The notes below the pieces were generated by a model that ran no database searches, was not told the DNA's origin, and was given only the letters and a program-made list of their open reading frames with translations. Positions 58,648 through 64,000 of a stretch of 64,000 nucleotides of DNA are shown one piece after another. Origin of the DNA: an uncultured archaeon. Its GTDB lineage: Archaea > Thermoproteota > Nitrososphaeria > Nitrososphaerales > Gagatemarchaeaceae. The first letter of the stretch is position 1. Each line of letters opens with the position of its first letter. The position numbers and the translations under genes are program-made. The stretch is from contig CAWCYD010000003.1 in NCBI GenBank assembly GCA_963799775.1, positions 1,632,001 through 1,696,000 of the forward strand, in the 5' to 3' direction.

Positions 58648-59124
58648 ATGTCAGCGCAACAGCTCTTCTCGGGCGTCGACAAGATGATACTCAAGGCGCT
58701 GCTTGAGCCCGAGGGTAACGTCTCCTCGATTGTCTTGGCGCAGAAGCTCGGAATCCCCCGCAGCACGGTCCAGCGGAGGCGCGACCGCTTGGAGAAGAGC
58801 TGCCTTGGCCTCTCGTATTCTCTCAAGCTGAAGGGCCTGTCCTATAGGCGCGTAGACCTGCTTATCTATACTACCGGTGGGGCGACACTCGACATTGCGA
58901 AGGACCTGCTGAAGCTAGACGAGGTCGTTTACGTCGGCAGGTCGATAGGGGAGCACACGATCGACCTCAGGGCGGAGGTAATCATCAAGGACAACTCGGA
59001 GCCCCTGGGACTGCTCGAACTGGTCCTAGCCATGGAAAACGTCAAGGACGTGGTCTGGAGCGAGATAGTCGACGTGATAGGGCAGAAGAGATCTATCCCG
59101 TCAGCAATCATCGACCGCCTCTGA
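58648..59124 (+). CDS. Lrp/AsnC family regulator (paralog)
   Basis: Highly similar to 57667-58152 incl. 'VGRSIGEHTIDLRAEVIIKDNSE'. Confidence 0.88.
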   Translation: MSAQQLFSGVDKMILKALLEPEGNVSSIVLAQKLGIPRSTVQRRRDRLEKSCLGLSYSLKLKGLSYRRVDLLIYTTGGATLDIAKDLLKLDEVVYVGRSIGEHTIDLRAEVIIKDNSEPLGLLELVLAMENVKDVVWSEIVDVIGQKRSIPSAIIDRL

Positions 59125-59205
59125 AGTCGGCTCGGGTCTTGGCCGCGGGGAAAACCATCCGCTGCGTCGCGCCGTGTGGGCGGTCCCGTCAGTCTCGGGA
59201 TAGGC

Positions 59206-59409
59206 CTACGCTACCAACTCGGAAGATTGCTCTCGGGGATGGTGCTTCTTCCACTCATTGAAAGACCTGACCTTCCCCAAGACATTGGCGACGTTCTCGG
59301 CACACATTAGGTGGAGCTGAAACCCCATCATGTCTATCTTGTTCTCGCGGATAATCGTGTTGCAAAAGGAGCAGTTGCAGGCACCGCCATTTGAGTAGGA
59401 ATATCTCAT
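59206..59409 (-). CDS. Small CxxC...HxxC zinc-binding protein (paralog)
   Basis: CSFCNTII...FQLHLMCAENV..VL.KV..F. Confidence 0.7.
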   Translation of the reverse strand: MRYSYSNGGACNCSFCNTIIRENKIDMMGFQLHLMCAENVANVLGKVRSFNEWKKHHPREQSSELVA

Positions 59410-59640
59410 ATCGACTCAATCGATAGGACTTGTTCGATGCCTATTGGGCTTGCGCATCATAGAACTCTAACAAGTGTTCCGAACATCTAGCACGAGCCCT
59501 CGAGTGGACGAACCTCCTATCGTGAAAGGCAAGCAGACAACAATTTCACGAAGCAGGGACCCGGACGCGGGCCAAGAAAGGGCCTCGGTCGCCCCGACGA
59601 AAAGGGTCGGGGGCGGCCCAGAGCTTCGGATGGAGAGGTT

Positions 59641-60447
59641 TTACCACTTGGCGTCGAAGCTGTACGCGTGGTCGTTTGAGCTGAGAGCCAGCGTCCCCGC
59701 CTGCGCCATGCCAGTCTCGTTTCCGGGAATCGTGTTCCAGGACACGCTCACCTGGTATGACTCGCGGTTAGGCAGTTGGATCGAGTATTGGCCGTTGGTC
59801 GTTACCGCCAAGAACACTTGGCCTGTTGTGGCGTTCGTGAACTGGATGCTCGATGGATAGATGTCGGGCTTGCTCAGGGGAGAGAACCTGCCCGAGACCG
59901 TCACGGTCGGATAGGCTTCCTTAACCGGCATTGTTGCGAGCGAACCGAACTTGTCCAGCAATATGGACCTCACTCCGTCCTTCACCTCAACGATGGACTC
60001 GTTGTCCACGTTCATGGCCTCCGGAATACGGAAGTTGAGGAGCCCGTCGCGCGGTAACGGGAGCTCCGTCCTTGCCACTCCAGACGGGTCCAGCGCGCTC
60101 AGCTGCTTTCCTTCGTAGGTGACGTTGCAGTTCCCTAGGTACCTGTTGCCCCTGACTACGATCGCCCAATTGCTGGGGAAGGGCGTGGTGACACGCTCCT
60201 TCATCGTCTGGAGGTAGACCTCTTGCTGCAGCTTGTCCACGACTATGATCATGACCTGGTCGCCGACATCGACGTCAGCGTCCTCTCGCACCGGAGCTAC
60301 CACGAACTTGCCCGCTCCCGTGAGCCTCTCAATCTTCCCCTCGACGACGAGGACTCCCCGCCTCGACTCGGTCACCATCATCCTCTCATCTCCCGATTTA
60401 TCCACTTCAGTAACGATAGACATGCTCGAGAGACCGTTCCACCGCAT
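59641..60447 (-). CDS. Hypothetical protein with C-terminal prealbumin-like beta-sandwich
   Basis: C-terminus 'VTVSG...NGQYSIQLPNRESYQVSVSW'. Confidence 0.6.
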   Translation of the reverse strand: MRWNGLSSMSIVTEVDKSGDERMMVTESRRGVLVVEGKIERLTGAGKFVVAPVREDADVDVGDQVMIIVVDKLQQEVYLQTMKERVTTPFPSNWAIVVRGNRYLGNCNVTYEGKQLSALDPSGVARTELPLPRDGLLNFRIPEAMNVDNESIVEVKDGVRSILLDKFGSLATMPVKEAYPTVTVSGRFSPLSKPDIYPSSIQFTNATTGQVFLAVTTNGQYSIQLPNRESYQVSVSWNTIPGNETGMAQAGTLALSSNDHAYSFDAKW

Positions 60448-60697
60448 AAGTCGCTGACTCGACCTTACAGCAGTGCATCTCGCAAGTCACACCATGACAT
60501 AGGAATCCTCCATTGGGATTCGAGCCCTCAGGTTCCTAGCGCGAAGCCAAGAGCTACGGAGGAGGCAGGAACCGTTGACCTTTCTATGAAACAGAGTCCA
60601 GAGGACGTCAGACCACATCAGTCCTCCTGACGATGCCCCATAGGCCCTTCTCCTATACTCATATGATTTCCCACTCGGTCACCATTCCGATTACAAT

Positions 60698-62251
60698 ATG
60701 ATAAAGAATGGAAGCAAAATACCGAAGAAGAGCATTATGATGCTGGGCGTAACCGCCCTGCTCGTCGCGGGGATACTGGGAGGTTACGGCGTTCTGCCGA
60801 GGGCTTTCGCAGCGACGCCATCCCTTAACACCGCCGCGCCTTTCGCTGTCCTAGCATACTCTGGTATCACCAATACCGGAACCACCACAATCACGGGTAA
60901 CGTGGGGTCGTATCCTACTGCCTCTGAAACCGGATTCGGCACAGTTACCATCACTGGAACGAACTATCCTGGCGGCGCACCATCAACGACTCAAACCGAC
61001 CTCGCTGCCGCCATTGTGACAGCGATGGGAAACACACCCTCCACCATAGTGACAGCCCTAGATGCCCAAACTCTGGTACCGGGTGTCTATAGTGCCGCTT
61101 CCTCAACCTTCACTCTGTCTGGTGGAGTTCTTACCTTGAACGGTAACGGCAACTCGGCTTCGGTCTGGATCTTCCAAGCGCCAGCCGCCATAGCAGGAGC
61201 GCTTTCCACAACAGGCGGTAGCGTCGTCCTCGAGAACGGTGCAGACTCCTGCAACGTCTTCTGGGTAACAAGCGCAGGCGGAGCTACCATAGGCACGGGT
61301 ACCTCCTTCGTAGGAATCATAATGGCCTACTCGAGCGTCACGCTCGCAACGGGCGCATCGCTCAAGGGTGCTGCCTTGGCGAACACTGGCGACGTCACAA
61401 TGCAAAGCAACACCATCTCGAACACTTGTGTCATCGCATCTGTAACTTCGACCTCAACTACGACCACATCGACAGGAACAACAACCACATCGACCGGCAC
61501 TGGGCACGCCCCCGTGTGTGACAGCGCAGTGTATGAGGGCTACTACACGAGCGCCGCTTCCGGGCAGACGGTCCAATTCTCGGGTCTCACCTACGCGGCC
61601 GCCCTCAACCTCGTAGTCAACAACCCTCCGGCATCCATGAACTGCGAGTTCGTGCCAACACCGGCCCAACAATGCCCACCCAGCGGATCGCCAGCAATTT
61701 TGACGGTCAACGCCCAGGACGCCAATGGCAGCGCTCTCAATGGCCTCAGCGTGCTCTTCAATTGCTACAACACAATGACGACTTCGAACGGCTTCACTCC
61801 ATACACCATCCCAGTGATACCTGGCATGGAGCACATCGTGGCGGTCCTTGACTATGGCTGCTACGCCTTCGACCATTGGGCCGACACCGGTTCCGCGCTC
61901 AGGTACAGGTCGTTCTCAATCACGACAGCGACCACATTCACGGCGGTATACCGAAACACCTGCCAACCAGCCCCAACGAACTCGTCCACCATCTCGGTGA
62001 ACGCGGTCGACTCGTCGGGCAACGCGATAACAGGCCTCTACACCACCCTATGGCAGAACGGCGTCTTGCAGCAGAGCTGTTTTGCGCCGTGCTCGCTGAC
62101 CGTCAGCAACGGGCAGACCTACCAGGTGGCGGTGGCAGACTTTGGCAGCCACGCTTTCACGCGCTGGGCGGACGGCACGACGAGCCGGTTCCACACAATC
62201 ACAGTCGGCAGCGCGAGCACGACGATCAGCCTCATAGCCATCTACACCTAG
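60698..62251 (+). CDS. Secreted ice-binding-like protein (DUF3494) with Thr linker and beta-sandwich repeats
   Basis: 'AAPFAVLAYSGITNTG.TTITGNVG','TLVPGVY','LTLNGNG....VWIFQ','L.NGA..CNVFW','F.G.I.A..SVTL.TGA.L.G'. Confidence 0.9.
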   Translation: MIKNGSKIPKKSIMMLGVTALLVAGILGGYGVLPRAFAATPSLNTAAPFAVLAYSGITNTGTTTITGNVGSYPTASETGFGTVTITGTNYPGGAPSTTQTDLAAAIVTAMGNTPSTIVTALDAQTLVPGVYSAASSTFTLSGGVLTLNGNGNSASVWIFQAPAAIAGALSTTGGSVVLENGADSCNVFWVTSAGGATIGTGTSFVGIIMAYSSVTLATGASLKGAALANTGDVTMQSNTISNTCVIASVTSTSTTTTSTGTTTTSTGTGHAPVCDSAVYEGYYTSAASGQTVQFSGLTYAAALNLVVNNPPASMNCEFVPTPAQQCPPSGSPAILTVNAQDANGSALNGLSVLFNCYNTMTTSNGFTPYTIPVIPGMEHIVAVLDYGCYAFDHWADTGSALRYRSFSITTATTFTAVYRNTCQPAPTNSSTISVNAVDSSGNAITGLYTTLWQNGVLQQSCFAPCSLTVSNGQTYQVAVADFGSHAFTRWADGTTSRFHTITVGSASTTISLIAIYT

Positions 62252-62373
62252 TCTCGCAGGTTGCGAGTTGAAGACCCGGAATGAGCGCTGAGCCTGAAGA
62301 AATGTTAACAATACGGCTTGCAGCGAGCGGTCTCCCGGATGTCCACAGAACATCGGACTGGCGAGTCTAGGGT

Positions 62374-63081
62374 TTGAGAGCGGCTATCCACCAGCCCCAG
62401 TACTTCCCCTACCCTGGCTTCTTCCACAAGCTGAGCATGGCCGACGTCTTCGTCATCATGGACGACGCCCAATACGACAAGAGGTACACGAACCGGAACA
62501 AGATCCTGAACCCGCAGGGGCCCCTCGAACTGACCGTCCCGATAAACAAGGCCCAAAAGTTCCTTCCGAACATCTCGGTGGAGATCAACAACGGCATGCC
62601 TTGGCGCGAGGACCATTGGAAGAAGATTCTCATCTCCTACGCGAACGCGAGGTTCTTCCATCTCTACAAGGATTATCTCGAGGCCCTCTACAAGAGAGAG
62701 TGGCTCATGCTCTTCGAGCTTGACCTGGAGACGACCAAGAAGACCATGGAGTGGCTCGGGATCAAGATTCCCATCCTAAGAGAGTCTGAGCTCAAGGTCA
62801 CGGGAAAGGCGACGGAGCGCCTCGTGAACGTCTGCAAGAAGCTGGGCGCCGACACGTACGTGTCCGGCCCCGGCGGCAAATCCTACCTCGAGGAGGGGCT
62901 GTTTGAGCAAAACAACATCAGGCTGGTGTATCAGCGGTATGCGCCTGCCACCTATCCCCAGAGGTTCACGAGCGAGTTCGTCCCCAACCTATCCATCATA
63001 GACATGCTCGCGAACGTGGGCTCCGAGAGCATGGGCCTCATAGTGGGACCGAGGGAAGACGCCTCGAGCAGCCACCATTAG
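62374..63081 (+). CDS. WbqC-like family protein
   Basis: 'IHQPQYFPYPGFF.K','DDAQY','NRNKI','YVSGPGG..Y','NLSIID.L'. Confidence 0.92.
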   Translation: MRAAIHQPQYFPYPGFFHKLSMADVFVIMDDAQYDKRYTNRNKILNPQGPLELTVPINKAQKFLPNISVEINNGMPWREDHWKKILISYANARFFHLYKDYLEALYKREWLMLFELDLETTKKTMEWLGIKIPILRESELKVTGKATERLVNVCKKLGADTYVSGPGGKSYLEEGLFEQNNIRLVYQRYAPATYPQRFTSEFVPNLSIIDMLANVGSESMGLIVGPREDASSSHH

Positions 63082-63209
63082 GCTGGAAGCGCCTCCGATT
63101 ACGGAAAGGGAACGAAGTGCAGGTCGAGATGGCCTAGTCGATTCCACTAGGGAGCTCCTACCGGGAACTCAGGCGTGTTCCACATTACTTACGACCCGTC
63201 TTTCATCTC

Positions 63210-64000
63210 GTGTGCTCGATTATCGGTTACTCCGGCAGTGAGCAGGCAGCCACATTGCTTGTCGGAGGACTGCGCCGCATGGAATACAGGGGATATGACA
63301 GCGCAGGTGTGGCGACCCTCTTCGGCAACCAGATACTGCTGAAGAAGAGCACCGGAAAGGTAGACGAGGTAAACAAGGCGGTTCACCTCGATGGCCTCCC
63401 TGGCAACGTCGGAGTGGGGCACACTCGGTGGGCCACCCATGGGGGAGTGACGGAGGCAAACGCGCATCCTCACTTGTCCAGTTCGGGCAAGGTAGTCATC
63501 GTGCACAATGGCATTATCGATAACCACCGTGAGCTTCGAGAGATCCTTGCGCAAAGCGGGAGCGTCTTCAGGAGCGAGACCGACAGCGAGGTAATCGCCG
63601 AGCTGCTCGAGCGAAATTACGGCCGAACGGGCGACGCCAAGGAAGCTGTGATACAGGCGGTATCCGAGCTGAAGGGAAGCTACGCCTTTGTCGCGATGTT
63701 CGACAACGGGACGCTGGTGGCAGTCCGGTTTCACCAGCCGCTCATAGTCGGCTTGAGCAAGCAGGGATATTTCGTCGCCAGCGACATTTTGGGATTCGTG
63801 GAGCACGCGGACAAGGCGATATTCCTAGAGGATCGAGACATCGTCACAATAACCAAAGAAGGGCTCTTCGTGGGCAACATCGAAAGAACCCCCACGGCGC
63901 ATCGCATCGTGAAGCTATCGAACAAGGTCGGTGAGACCGGGAGAGGAGAGTTCGCGCATCACACGCTGAAGGAGATCTTCGAGCAGCCGGTGACCGTGAG
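63210..64000 (+). CDS. glmS: Glutamine--fructose-6-phosphate aminotransferase (partial, runs off window)
   Basis: GTG start MCSIIG, 'RMEYRGYDSAG','GHTRWATHG','NAHPH','VHNGII','ETDSEV','KEIFEQP'. Confidence 0.95.
   Translation, partial: MCSIIGYSGSEQAATLLVGGLRRMEYRGYDSAGVATLFGNQILLKKSTGKVDEVNKAVHLDGLPGNVGVGHTRWATHGGVTEANAHPHLSSSGKVVIVHNGIIDNHRELREILAQSGSVFRSETDSEVIAELLERNYGRTGDAKEAVIQAVSELKGSYAFVAMFDNGTLVAVRFHQPLIVGLSKQGYFVASDILGFVEHADKAIFLEDRDIVTITKEGLFVGNIERTPTAHRIVKLSNKVGETGRGEFAHHTLKEIFEQPVTV

Overview
High-GC archaeal chromosome segment. The gene set and order (alaS-leuS, rpl12/rplP0/rpl1/rpl11/spt5/secE, rps19e/rpl39e/rpl31e/eIF6/pfdA/ftsY, mre11-rad50-nreA, BHB-intron tRNAs, extra TFB) suggest a Nitrososphaerota-like organism; this is an inference. 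About 18 otherwise conserved genes are split by single-base frameshifts, most likely long-read indel errors. Non-coding genes are RNase P RNA, tRNA-Gly(TCC) with a D-loop intron and tRNA-Arg(TCT) with a 37/38 intron. Mobile elements are an ISH3-type IS, two IS5-family IS with intact TIR/TSD, and a TnpB gene interrupted by an IS110/IS1111 element. The most notable locus is 35.9-38.7 kb. The guide position downstream of tnpB holds a 17-nt exact match to the SPLICED exon junction of the neighbouring tRNA-Gly, whose genomic copy is interrupted by an intron at that site, so this is a candidate tRNA-homing or self-immune TnpB system. The IS110 inside tnpB carries a recognisable two-loop bridge/seek RNA whose guides match its own target and donor junctions. 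Several unannotated Zn-finger micro-proteins and an ice-binding (DUF3494) surface protein are also present.
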